A stretch of DNA of 63,975 nucleotides, counting the filler, from Octopus bimaculoides (lineage: Eukaryota): assembly GCF_001194135.2 (NCBI RefSeq). It is 7 parts of 7 records of this genome, joined end to end, with 100 filler letters (N's around TTAATTAATTAA, not from the genome) between each part and the next. Parts side by side here need not be neighbours in the genome. Positions count along the whole stretch, not along the records: positions 41,281 to 54,113 come from NC_068987.1; positions 54,214 to 60,406 come from NC_068985.1; positions 60,507 to 62,534 come from NC_069005.1; positions 62,635 to 63,975 come from NW_026310678.1; 3 more parts are not named here. One strand, 5' to 3'. The position numbers and the translations under genes are program-made. Every line of letters begins with the position of its first letter. Within the stretch, counting starts at the first letter, position 1. Positions 51,530-62,727 of this stretch are shown here, in pieces. Under the pieces are notes generated by a model. That model worked only from the letters and a program-made list of their open reading frames with translations. It was not told the DNA's origin and ran no database searches.

Positions 51530-51727
51530 NNNNNNNNNNNNNNNNNNNNNNNNNNNNNNNNNNNNNNNNNNNNNNNNNNNNNNNNNNNNNNNNNNNNNNN
51601 NNNNNNNNNNNNNNNNNNNNNNNNNNNNNNNNNNNNNNNNNNNNNNNNNNNNNNNNNNNNNNNNNNNNNNNNNNNNNNNNNNNNNNNNNNNNNNNNNNNN
51701 NNNNNNNNNNNNNNNNNNNNNNNNNNN

Positions 51728-51788
<61 letters not shown>

Positions 51789-51798
51789 TATACATACA

Positions 51799-51847
<49 letters not shown>

Positions 51848-52000
51848 GTAAGCATATACAGAAAGGTTACTAAATATGTCTATATACGGATACGTACATT
51901 CGCATTAATTCGCATACGTACACACTGATATGTGTGTATGTGCGTGTGTGTGTCTGTGTTCCTGTGTCTGTCTCTCAATCTATCTATTTATCTATCTATC

Positions 52001-52042
<42 letters not shown>

Positions 52043-52249
52043 TGAGTATATGTATGTATCCACACACGCACAATGATATAGATTCATACGTATATACACC
52101 TTTTAATATAAAGCTCTGGCTACATGCAAACTAACATGCATAGACGTGAGGACTGTTAGGGTATAATAGGCATTATATACAGCTAAAGAGAAACTCAGAT
52201 TCGCAAAGACATACATACACACACACACTCACACACACACACTCACACA

Positions 52250-52304
<55 letters not shown>

Positions 52305-53091
52305 TCAGAGACTCTATCGATCTACCAATCTGTCTGTATCTTTTTCTCTCAGCATCTCTGTATTGTGTTGTGCCAACAAGAATATACATACACACACACA
52401 CANNNNNNNNNNNNNNNNNNNNNNNNNNNNNNNNNNNNNNNNNNNNNNNNNNNNNNNNNNNNNNNNNNNNNNNNNNNNNNNNNNNNNNNNNNNNNNNNNN
52501 NNNNNNNNNNNNNNNNNNNNNNNNNNNNNNNNNNNNNNNNNNNNNNNNNNNNNNNNNNNNNNNNNNNNNNNNNNNNNNNNNNNNNNNNNNNNNNNNNNNN
52601 NNNNNNNNNNNNNNNNNNNNNNNNNNNNNNNNNNNNNNNNNNNNNNNNNNNNNNNNNNNNNNNNNNNNNNNNNNNNNNNNNNNNNNNNNNNNNNNNNNNN
52701 NNNNNNNNNNNNNNNNNNNNNNNNNNNNNNNNNNNNNNNNNNNNNNNNNNNNNNNNNNNNNNNNNNNNNNNNNNNNNNNNNNNNNNNNNNNNNNNNNNNN
52801 NNNNNNNNNNNNNNNNNNNNNNNNNNNNNNNNNNNNNNNNNNNNNNNNNNNNNNNNNNNNNNNNNNNNNNNNNNNNNNNNNNNNNNNNNNNNNNNNNNNN
52901 NNNNNNNNNNNNNNNNNNNNNNNNNNNNNNNNNNNNNNNNNNNNNNNNNNNNNNNNNNNNNNNNNNNNNNNNNNNNNNNNNNNNNNNNNNNNNNNNNNNN
53001 NNNNNNNNNNNNNNNNNNNNNNNNNNNNNNNNNNNNNNNNNNNNNNNNNNNNNNNNNNNNNNNNNNNNNNNNNNNNNNNNNNNNNNNNNNN

Positions 53092-54113
53092 GATGCGCCT
53101 AGCATCCAGACCGAGCAGGCGAGAAAGGAAAAAAAAAGTTTTGCGTTGGCAGCTGGGGGTCGAACCCGGCAGCTGTCGACGAACAAGTCGGACTACATAA
53201 AATATAAAAAGATGATGGAAGTGAAAGATAGCGTGGTTCAAATACAACCACCGGAGCAATTTTTGCTAGATAAAAAGCAGAAAACAATAATTTTTAAAAC
53301 TTATTGTGTACAAAAAAGAAAAATCGAAAGATTTACAGAAGAGAAGATTGAACGGTGTTTGAAGGAAATATGGAGCGACATTGTGTATGTGACAAGAGGA
53401 AAGAAGTTCGGTACAGTGGAAGTAATGTTTGCCAACAAGGAAATGGCACAAAAGCATTCTGTAGAGACTCTAAAAACGGCAGACGTGGCGCTCATACCCA
53501 CCTATATGGGGATGAGAACGTCCAGAATTAATATAACAAGGGTCCCACCGGACGTGCATCCTATGTGGGTGGTAGAGGCAGTCCTAGTCAAAGAGGAAGA
53601 GAAGATTACCCTCCTCCAGGCTGCCGTTATCGAAAACGCTCACTGGACTGGTCAATCAGTTAGTCTCATTATCCAAGCTGACCCAAAAATAATCGAAGCA
53701 ATTCCCAAGACGGTTCAGATAGTGGAGGAGAACCTGGCGGTGTTTGTTGAGGGTCGAAAACCCCGGTGTTTTTTGTGCGGCCAATTAGGCCACATTCGAA
53801 GGAACTGCAAGGAAAATGAGGAAGACGAGGAAGAGGAGAAAGAAGAAAAAGAGGAAGAAGAAGAAGAAGAAAACGAAGAAAACGACGAGAAGAAAACAAC
53901 AAACAAAAGAAAAATACAATCAGCAGCTCAACTGAGAGTGGCGACTACTACAGAACAACGACCAAAAAAGACTGCAAGAAGAGAAAAAGAGGAGAAAGGC
54001 ATAATAGCCGTATACAGTAAAGATACTGAACTAATGAGAGACATTCAATTAATTAAGACTGCAAAAAAAATAGATAACCTTTCGGAGAAATACAACAATT
54101 ATGACGTGTATGA
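53092..54113 (+). CDS. L1/Tx1-type LINE ORF1p-like protein with CCHC zinc knuckle and acidic/basic tail (partial; both ends at gaps)
   Basis: About 340 uninterrupted codons; VFVEGRKPRCFLCGQLGHIRRNC (knuckle 53767-53808) followed by an E-rich tract. Confidence 0.75.
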
Positions 54114-54213
54114 NNNNNNNNNNNNNNNNNNNNNNNNNNNNNNNNNNNNNNNNNNNNTTAATTAATTAANNNNNNNNNNNNNNNNNNNNNNNNNNNNNNN
54201 NNNNNNNNNNNNN
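54114..54213. other. Artificial scaffold spacer N44-TTAATTAATTAA-N44
   Basis: Same 100-bp structure. Confidence 0.95.
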
Positions 54214-54650
54214 CATGGAGTGTGAAAGCTGCTAAAGATAAGGCAACTTCGGGCTGCCGCTTTTTCCATTGCGACGTACGCCTGCGAGTCGTGGACAATG
54301 TTAAAGGCAGACGAGCAAAGAGTGAACGCTTTTGAAATGTGGTGTTACCGCAGAATCCTTAGAGTGTTGTGGACGGAGAGAAGGACGAAGACCTGGGTCA
54401 TCCTGGTTGCGAGATGACGCCTCGGCGAAACATCATGAAGCGGAAGCTACGGGTCTTTAGTCACGTCATGCGCGACCGATCATAACTGACAAGATGAACG
54501 ACAGACGTAAAAGAGGCAGACCACCCACTTCTTGGCTGAAAGACATTGCAGCCACAGGAATGTCTTTATTCTTAGCTGTCCATGGGTAGAGTACAGGGGA
54601 CGGTGGCATGACATCGTGATGACTACAGCATCGCATAGTGCGACACCTGA
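54214..54650 (+). mobile_element. RTE-clade LINE ORF C-terminal fragment
   Basis: FSIATYACESWTMLKADEQRVNAFEMWCYRRILRVLWTERRT...RKLRVFSHVMR...RKRGRPPTSWLKDI. Confidence 0.85.
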
Positions 54651-54670
54651 GTAGAAGATGAAATATACAT

Positions 54671-55545
54671 ATGTGTGTTGACCTAGAATCCGGTACGTAT
54701 AGGTGCTTTAGGGACCCAAATGAGAAGTTGTCTTACATTAACACAGGCTCCTGCCATTCAGCCATAATGTTCAGAAACGTGGTTAAGGGTGTCAGCAGGA
54801 AAATCTCCAGCTTGTCTCCAAGCAAATATATCTTTGATACTGCCGCCCTATACCACAACCAGTCGCTGGCTGCCTGCGGCTTCAGAGATAATGTTAGTTA
54901 CATGGCAGACACTACATCGCCCAAGAAATAGCGCCACGTTCTCTTTAAACGTTAAGACCCGAGTAGGTAAGATCTTCCTCAGTTTAGATGATAGATACTC
55001 TCCTCGCACCAACAGATTCAACAAAATATTTAATGGGCATAGCCTGAGATTATCCTTTAACTGTACACCTAGCTTAAAAAGCGTTTTAGTAGGTAGGCAG
55101 AATTTTCATGCAGGGGTAACACAACATTGTCCACTGTACATCTACTACAATAGGGAGATAGTTGTTTACGATGTAGAAGTTACAGCAACGGAATTCAATG
55201 GACAACTGAGCGTGCGGATGTATATGGGGCAACCGAAGGCCCACTGAGAACCTGATTTAATAACCACAAGTCCTTCTTCAACATCCCAGAGACACGTAAC
55301 TCTACAACTCTAAGCATGGACCTCTGGGCTTTTAAAAACGCGCTACGGAGAACAACATAAAGTAAGAAGATACTACAAAAATTTAAGCCCTACTTCAATA
55401 GTAGAAGGAAGTACATATTATGCCTGGCTGAGAAGTGAACCATTTTAAAATGCATCCAACACCCGGATGTCTACCTGAATAGCAGGAGTGAGCTGTTTAA
55501 TCCTTGCCCGCATGAAAGGAAGTACATACTATCGTACCTTTGCAC
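54671..55545 (+). mobile_element. Penelope-like element: RT C-terminus plus GIY-YIG endonuclease, decayed
   Basis: DLESGTYRCFRDPNEKLSYINTGSCH...FSLNVKTRVGKIFL...NKIFNGHSLRLSFNCTP...VVYDVEVT...MYMG...KPYFNSRRKYILCLAEK...LNSRSELFNPCPHERK. Confidence 0.88.
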
Positions 55546-56098
55546 CCAACCATGACTGTGACCACACATTACTTGCCGCGACTCTCCGTGAACGACCTTT
55601 CACCAATGACATCGGACCCCGCAGAAAGTGAGTGCCCAGAGCACACACCAATGCACCCATGTACATGCTCCCACATCCCTATAAAGCGGACACTCCAATA
55701 AATACCCTGCACCCAAATTGTACCCTATATACTTACACAGACCCACACATTCACATTAAACACCGTTAAGATTTTTAAAAAACCACGACTTTATCACTTA
55801 CAGAAAGAAAACACACCAACGAACACAGCCAAATATAGTTGCAAACAGAAAAAATCATGCATATGAAACCACTACATATATCACATCCTCAGCCCCACAA
55901 GAGGACCACACCTTCCGCACTTCAAGACAACCCTTACCGGCTTCACAGCATACCCAACCAGGGGTCGTAACTCCGTACCTAAACACCTGGCCACTTTTCG
56001 TTTCATCACCGTTTTTCCCAGCAGCCGTTGACCGCTTGTGCTAATCCATCTCCGACAATAGAGAACAATGATTATAGTCCCTTCCATCTTGGCTAACC

Positions 56099-56146
56099 CT
56101 GATGAGTATAAAAATATACAATCGGAGTGTTACTTAACACTCCATT
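56099..56146 (+). ncRNA. Inactivated hammerhead relic downstream of the PLE ORF
   Basis: CUGAUGA-GUAU-AAAAAU-AUAC then AAU in place of GAAA, then the long stem C-GGAGUGUUA-CU-UAACACUCC-AUU; stem I does not pair. Confidence 0.4.
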
Positions 56147-56680
56147 GTATTCTTCACGCGCAACCAATTAATAAGACAAGCCGTGATGGATATTTCATAT
56201 TATTTCATATTATACATCTCAGATCATATGTATACATATATNNNNNNNNNNNNNNNNNNNNNNNNNNNNNNNNNNNNNNNNNNNNNNNNNNNNNNNNNNN
56301 NNNNNNNNNNNNNNNNNNNNNNNNNNNNNNNNNNNNNNNNNNNNNNNNNNNNNNNNNNNNNNNNNNNNNNNNNNNNNNNNNNNNNNNNNNNNNNNNNNNN
56401 NNNNNNNNNNATGCATTTTTATATTATTAATGAATTCATAAAATTATCAATAATATTCGTAGGAAATGAATATTTAATATTTCGAAAGATATCCGATATG
56501 ACATGGTAAACTAATAAATTTTAAATTTAAAATATACGAAATATAAATATAAATATATCAAGGTAGATAAAGATACATGTGAATATAAATGCATATAAAA
56601 ATTTATGCGTAATTAAGCATGAATATTATAAAGTCTAAAATTTAAAAAAATCTAAAAGTAAAAAAATTTTTAAAGTTAAA

Positions 56681-56767
56681 CATCTGACGATCGTTTCGCG
56701 GATATTAATATAATCACAATGTAATCAAAAGATCAGCATATTATCATAATTATGCTCTTCAGAGATG
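56681..56767 (-). ncRNA. Type I hammerhead ribozyme (minimal stem III with palindromic GAUC loop)
   Basis: CAUCU-CUGAAGA-GC-(~54-nt loop region)-GC-GAAAC-GAUC-GUC-AGAUG; core and GUC cleavage site intact, stem II weak. Confidence 0.75.
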
Positions 56768-56874
56768 AATTAATATCTTTAATAATTTTTTAATTAATAT
56801 TACATATACCATTATTTCTTAATTCATCTCTGAAGAGCGAAATTATGATAATATGCTGATCTTTTGATTACATT
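56718..56874. repeat. 56-bp inverted repeat (54/56 match, 45-nt spacer) covering the 5' half of the ribozyme
   Basis: 56718-56773 versus 56819-56874. Confidence 0.92.
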
Positions 56875-57081
56875 AATATAAAAATGCACATACATATATA
56901 TATTCATACATACTAATAGACAGATATTCACATACATATCTACTTACATTTACATACTCTTTAACTCTTTACCGTTGCGATTCTTGAATTTTCAGAACAA
57001 AGCTGAATTATATTCTTGCGTGATTTACTGCCTTTCTCCACAAGCAAGCTACCTAATACGTAGCTACGTACCTATCAATTT

Positions 57082-57169
57082 ACCTGCCTGCCTACCTACC
57101 TACCTACCTACCTACCTACCTATATTCCTACCTACCTACCTACCTACATACATACATACATACATACAT
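57082..57169. repeat. (CCTA)n/(CATA)n array forming the 3' tail of the RTE element
   Basis: Direct reading; contiguous with the RTE 3' UTR. Confidence 0.9.
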
Positions 57170-60100
57170 GACGACTGCTCCATCTTGACAGACGATAGCC
57201 ATCCCATCAACAATCCGCACATATCATCACGCAGTACAATTACTCCGTTGGTGAGCCCTCAAGTGACCTTGAAGTCCGGCTGCTGAGCGACAAGGTCTCC
57301 AGCACAGATGACAAATGTTCAGGCCTCTCGATCCTTGCCCGCTGGTATCTGATTCTAAGGAAACGCTTCTGTGAACCAGCATATGTCTCTTAAGTCCGGG
57401 TATTATTTTACAAACCTTGTGACATATGCCACAGGTCACAGAAGGCGGTTGGTATTTAGGGTGCCTGGAATTTCTACCCTCATGTGTTTTCATGGGATTC
57501 ACATATCCTGCTTTTGACAGAAGAACGCGATCACACACAATACACATCCTATGCTCTCCATTGTTTACAATTTTTCCCTTTCGACAGGCCTGCTTAAGCT
57601 CAAGTTGCTGAAACATCTTTTCCTCCCAGACATCACAGCTCGTCTTGACAACAGCTCTCCACTTGCTTCGATCCAGAACATCTCCTTCCCAATCACTTTC
57701 ATACATATCTAGTTTTTTCAGGTTTGGCTTAATGCAATCTTTATACCTCTTTCTCGGTTTCTGCCGCGGTCGCTCACCAGAGCTGAGCTCACCATAAAAT
57801 AAGTGCTTCGCCAAACGATCATCCTTTATTCTAATTACATGCCCAGTCCATCTCATTTGGGCCAGGATAATATGTTTTTCAATTGAGCTACAGTGCACCC
57901 TGCGCAAAACCTCTGTATCTGCTACGAAACTCTTCCATTTTACTCCTAGGATGCGTCTTAGACACATTTTTATGAGACCTTTCTAGCATCTTTACATGGC
58001 GCTTGTAAGTGGTCCATGTTTCGCCTGAATAAAGAAGTGCAGTCAATACACACGCTTTGTAGATGCTGATTTTTGTCTGCAGGGAGATATCTCTATCAGC
58101 CCATACTCGCTTTTCAAGCTTTCCAAATACAGCACTTCCCTTCGCTATTCGATAGTATATTNNNNNNNNNNNNNNNNNNNNNNNNNNNNNNNNNNNNNNN
58201 NNNNNNNNNNNNNNNNNNNNNNNNNNNTTCTGCATCAAGACCACCATCCCTTGACAGTGTGGTTCCAAGGTAAACAAAGGTGTCAATGACTTCTAATCTT
58301 GTTCCGTTCACAAAGATGTTTGGTTCAGTATATATTTGTCCAGGTGTGGGGGTAAACATTACCTTGGTTTTTCTCAGACTTACTGTGAGTCCAAAATATG
58401 TACTTGCAGTGGAAAATCTATCCATTAAATGTTGCATATCTTCCTCTGTGTGTGCCAGCAAGTCAGCATCATCGGCATAGAGCAATTCTCTGACAAGTAC
58501 TCTGAAAACCTTTGCCTTACAGTTAAACCTGGTCAGATTAAATATGCTACCAGATGTCCGGAATCTGATTGCGATTCCCCTGTTACAATCCTCAAATGCA
58601 TACCAAATCAATGTGGCAAAATATATAGAGAAAAGTGTAGGGGCATGAATATCTCCCTGTTTTACACCGTTGTCCACTGAAAATTCATCAGATAGATTAC
58701 CATTAAAAACTACCTGAGCTTTCATGTTGCTGTGCAAGTTCTCGAAGAGGTTCACAAAATGTGTCGGGCAACCAAGTTTGCACAAAACAATCCACAGTGC
58801 GTCCCTGTTTGCCGTGTCAAATGCCTTAGATCTACAAAAACCTGGTATAGTGGCATTTGTTCCTCTAAATATTTCTCCTGCACCTGCCTTGCAGAGAATA
58901 TCATATCCTTTGTTCCCTGCTCGGGTCTGAAACCACACCGTTCCTCAGGAATCACATGTGGACACACATTCTCCACGAGACGTTCTAACATGATCCTCGA
59001 AAGTATCTTCCCAGTATGTGCCAGGAGAGTTATTCCTCTGGAATTACCACACACTGATTTTGGTCCCTTACCTTTGTATATAGGGATTAGAATGCCGTTT
59101 ATCCATTCCAGTGGCACAGAAGACTCAGTCCAAACTTGACACAACAGGCTATGAATTTCGGTGGAGTGTGATCCCCACCTGCTTTCAGAATTTCAGCTGG
59201 AATACCATCCAGCCCAGGAGCTTTGTTGGATCTCAGTTTCCGTATTGCCAGTTTTACTTCTTCAATGGAAGGCGCATCGTCCATGTGTTGCATAATCACT
59301 CTTTGGGGGACATTATTTATGACATCCATGTTCACTACAGATGGATTATGGAAAAGTTCCGCAAAATGCTCGCTCCATCTGCTCATTATTCCAGGAGGAT
59401 CCTTAATAACCTCATTTCCGTCTTTTGATTTCAAGGGAACATACGTTGAGGACTGCGGTCCAAAAGCTTGTCACAATAAGCCGTACATGTCTTTCCTTTC
59501 ATAAGATGCCTGTATTTCCTCAGACAAATTACTCCACCAGGTATCTTTCAGCCTCCTTAATTCCTTTTGCAGTTCTGCTTTCTGCGCTCTGTATACCTTT
59601 TCTAGTTTTTCTTTGCCCTTAATGTTTGTGTTAAGAAGTTTTTCATAAGTATACTTCTTTGTTGCCAGTAGCTCATTTACCATTGCATCATTGGAGTCAA
59701 ACCAATCTCTATGTTGTCTCCTCTTAAAACCCAGGACATCCACTCCAGCCTTATATAATCCTTCTCGAAAAGATTGCTATGAACCTTCAAAATGAAAATT
59801 TATGCATCTATCCCGAAATAGTTGTGAGACCTGTGGCTGTTTAAGTTGTCCTACATCAATTTTTTGGGGGACTCGCACACCTGCACTGCGCTTTCTTGTA
59901 CGAACCCTGAATTTGAACTTAGCCCTAACCATTTTGTGATCAGTATCACAATCAGCTCCTCGCAATACTCTGAGACTACACAAATCCTGTAGGTCAGATT
60001 TCCGAGTTAATACAAGGTCAATCTTGTGACCTTGCTTTGATCTTTGATGAATCCAGGTGACTTTATGTTTCAGCTTATGGTGAAAAAATGTGTTCCCAAC

Positions 60101-60406
60101 AGCCAACCGTAGTTCAGAGCACATTTGTAGCAGGTGTAAACCATTTTTGTTCACCTTACCTATTCCATACCGCCCAAGTACATTCCAAGCACTATTGTCC
60201 CTGCCAACACGTGCATTGAAGTCGCCGAGCACAACAAACTTCTCATTCTGAGGGACTGAGAGGATACTACTTCTAAGTTCCTCATAGAATGCATGGATAT
60301 TTTCTTCATTTGCTGAGAGTGTGGGAGCATAGATGGAGAAAACAGTCACAAAGCGTCCACAAGAGAGAGGGATCCGGAGTTTCATCATGCTGTCATTTAT
60401 ACTTTG
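57170..60406 (-). mobile_element. Long RTE-clade LINE ORF2 (APE, RT, three C2H2 fingers, 3' UTR), several frameshifts, 5' end cut by a scaffold join
   Basis: APE SIYAPT...VLGDFNARVG...DCDTDH; RT NSRGITLL...CGFRP...KAFD...GVKQGD...LLYADDA...FVYLG; C-terminal C-x2-C-x12-H-x3-H motifs. Confidence 0.95.
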
Positions 60407-60506
60407 NNNNNNNNNNNNNNNNNNNNNNNNNNNNNNNNNNNNNNNNNNNNTTAATTAATTAANNNNNNNNNNNNNNNNNNNNNNNNNNNNNNNNNNNNNN
60501 NNNNNN
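60407..60506. other. Artificial scaffold spacer N44-TTAATTAATTAA-N44
   Basis: Same 100-bp structure. Confidence 0.95.
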
Positions 60507-60574
60507 CCTCACTCGATCACGCACATTCATACATTTAATTTTCTCTCTCTCCCCTCTCTCTATTAACAAGCTTG

Positions 60575-60623
<49 letters not shown>

Positions 60624-60632
60624 TGTGTGTGT

Positions 60633-60972
60633 GAAGGCACATTGCTCAGTAGTTAGAGCGTCGAGCTTACGATGAGGTTGTGAGTTCGAATCTCGAACCG
60701 GGCTATGTACCGTGTTCTTGAGCAAGACACTTTATTTCACGTTGCTCCAGTTCACTCAGCTGTACAAATGAGTTGCAACGTCACTGGTGCCAAGATGTAT
60801 CGGCCTCTTTGCCTTTCCCTTGGATAACACTGGTGGCATGGAGAAGGGGAGGCGGGTATGCATTGGGCGACTGTTGGTCTTCCATAAACAACCTTGCCCG
60901 GACTTGTGCCTGGGAGAGTAACTTTCTAGGTGCAATGCCATGGTCAGTCATGACCGAAGGGGGGGGGGTCTC
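60633..60972 (+). mobile_element. tRNA-derived SINE (family F)
   Basis: A box TGCTCAGTAGTTAGAGCG, B box GAGTTCGAATCTC, TTGAGCAAGACACTTTATTTCACGTTGCTCCAGTTCACTCAGCTG. Confidence 0.8.
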
Positions 60973-60993
60973 AGCATATATATATATATATAG

Positions 60994-61500
60994 GGGTTGG
61001 CATAAGTGTGTGCTTAAGAAGTTTGCTTCCCAACCATGTGGTCTTTGGTTCAGTCTCATTCCGCGTTATCTTGGGTAAATATCTACTATAGATCCGGGCT
61101 GCACCAAGATTCACATTGATCTCTAACACGGTTGCAAGAGATGTACGTCTCCAAAGGTAAATGCAGAACAGCAGCAGTCGTGCTTTGACTGAACCCACAT
61201 TGACCGTCTCCACTATGACCGCCATCAGAATTTACAGGCGTGCACAATATGCTCTGACTAAACACATGGCATTCCATACGGTTCAGCAATGCATGTTGGA
61301 AAGTGCAGTCGATAATATATTAGTACGATAATATATTAGACCAGGAGTTCTCAAACATTTTTTACCTATTGACCCCCCTTTGACTACTATATTATTCTGG
61401 TCCATTCGATGTTTAAAAACTATTTTTATAAAAACTTCTCCCCTATGACCTTGTGACTGGATTTGGTTGACGGAAACTGTAACATGCATTTCGTGTGTGT
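60994..61500 (+). mobile_element. Family-B SINE interrupted by a ~330-bp insert
   Basis: Head 60994-61110 (AAGAAGTTTGCTTCCCAACCATGTGG) resumes at about 61440 (CTTGTGACTGGATTTGGTTGACGGAAACTG); the insert holds an RT-like fragment and a hAT-MITE-like start CAGGAGTTCTCAAAC at 61342. Confidence 0.65.
61110..61290 (-). mobile_element. Short RT-like LINE fragment (RTE-type)
   Basis: LLNRMECHV...GQCGFSQSTTAAVLHL resembles the 'QCGFR..RSTTD.IF.L' motif; weak. Confidence 0.35.
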
Positions 61501-61515
61501 ATAGCCTGCGCCTAA

Positions 61516-61555
<40 letters not shown>

Positions 61556-61768
61556 TATATCACGTAGGTAAAGCAAATTTTAGAGGTAATACTTGATAAT
61601 TGCAAGCACCTGTATATGCCAGATAGTGGCCGGGGTGAAAGAATAAATTAAAAGCGTAAAATTAAAACAGAACACAAAGGATTCCGCGGTACACGTGTTT
61701 CAAGCTTTATACACAAACAGTCGTTGCATCATTATATGGCTATATAATTAATAGACAGGATGGTATAC

Positions 61769-61842
61769 AGCTATAAAGATAGATAAGGGTATGAAGCTAT
61801 AAAGATAGATAAGGGTATGAAGCTATAAAGATAGATAAGGGT
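61769..61842. repeat. 26-bp tandem repeat, ~2.8 copies
   Basis: AGCTATAAAGATAGATAAGGGTATGA. Confidence 0.9.
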
Positions 61843-61855
61843 GCCAACAGGTCTT

Positions 61856-61924
61856 GGGGTCTGATGATACGCTGTAAAGCTAAACGCTTCATGGACGTGA
61901 AATCTAGGGTAATCTCGTAGACCG
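61856..61924 (+). ncRNA. Degenerate hammerhead-like motif
   Basis: GGGGU-CUGAUGA-UACG...CGU-GAAA-UCUAGGGUAAUCUC-GUA-GACC; core present, stems imperfect. Confidence 0.35.
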
Positions 61925-62093
61925 CCCTTATCTATACCTTAGTGTGTGCTTCTTTTTCGGATTTATGATTTACCGACGTTATATATAATGCATATATGTT
62001 CCAGAAAGGCATATATGTTCTGTGTCCCGGGGTGAATATGTGCATACATACACACACACATACACACACATTTATATATACACACATACATAC

Positions 62094-62129
<36 letters not shown>

Positions 62130-62205
62130 GTATATGTATGTATGAATGTATGTATATATGTATATATGTATATATGTATATATGGATGTATGTATGTACG
62201 TATGT

Positions 62206-62265
<60 letters not shown>

Positions 62266-62494
62266 CCAAGTGACCTGCAGAAATTTTTTGTTTACTGAAC
62301 AAATCTAAATGTTTGTGCTGTACATTAGCTCACACCCTCCATCAAATCTACGTTGCCTGAACAGGTCATGGTGTACCACGCTCAGGTGATGCGTGTGTGA
62401 GTGTACATACACATATCAGCCAACAACTGATGACGGGTCGTTCTTTATGTTTGTCTTGTTTTCCATTTGTGTCTTTCTTTGTTCGAAAGAATAG

Positions 62495-62534
<40 letters not shown>

Positions 62535-62634
62535 NNNNNNNNNNNNNNNNNNNNNNNNNNNNNNNNNNNNNNNNNNNNTTAATTAATTAANNNNNNNNNN
62601 NNNNNNNNNNNNNNNNNNNNNNNNNNNNNNNNNN
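62535..62634. other. Artificial scaffold spacer N44-TTAATTAATTAA-N44
   Basis: Same 100-bp structure. Confidence 0.95.
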
Positions 62635-62693
62635 TTTATTTATTTGTTCATGTGTGTGTGTTTTTTTTGTGTTTAATTAAATTTGTACTCGAC

Positions 62694-62727
<34 letters not shown>

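Noticed and set aside
53092-54650. ORF1-like CDS plus the downstream RT fragment as one LINE
   Set aside because: Separated by a synthetic scaffold join, and they belong to different clades (L1/Tx1-like versus RTE)
505-62582. Most ORF-track entries (poly-YI, CV, TH, LS, N, E, F and X-filled ORFs)
   Set aside because: They are translations of microsatellites or N runs, not genes
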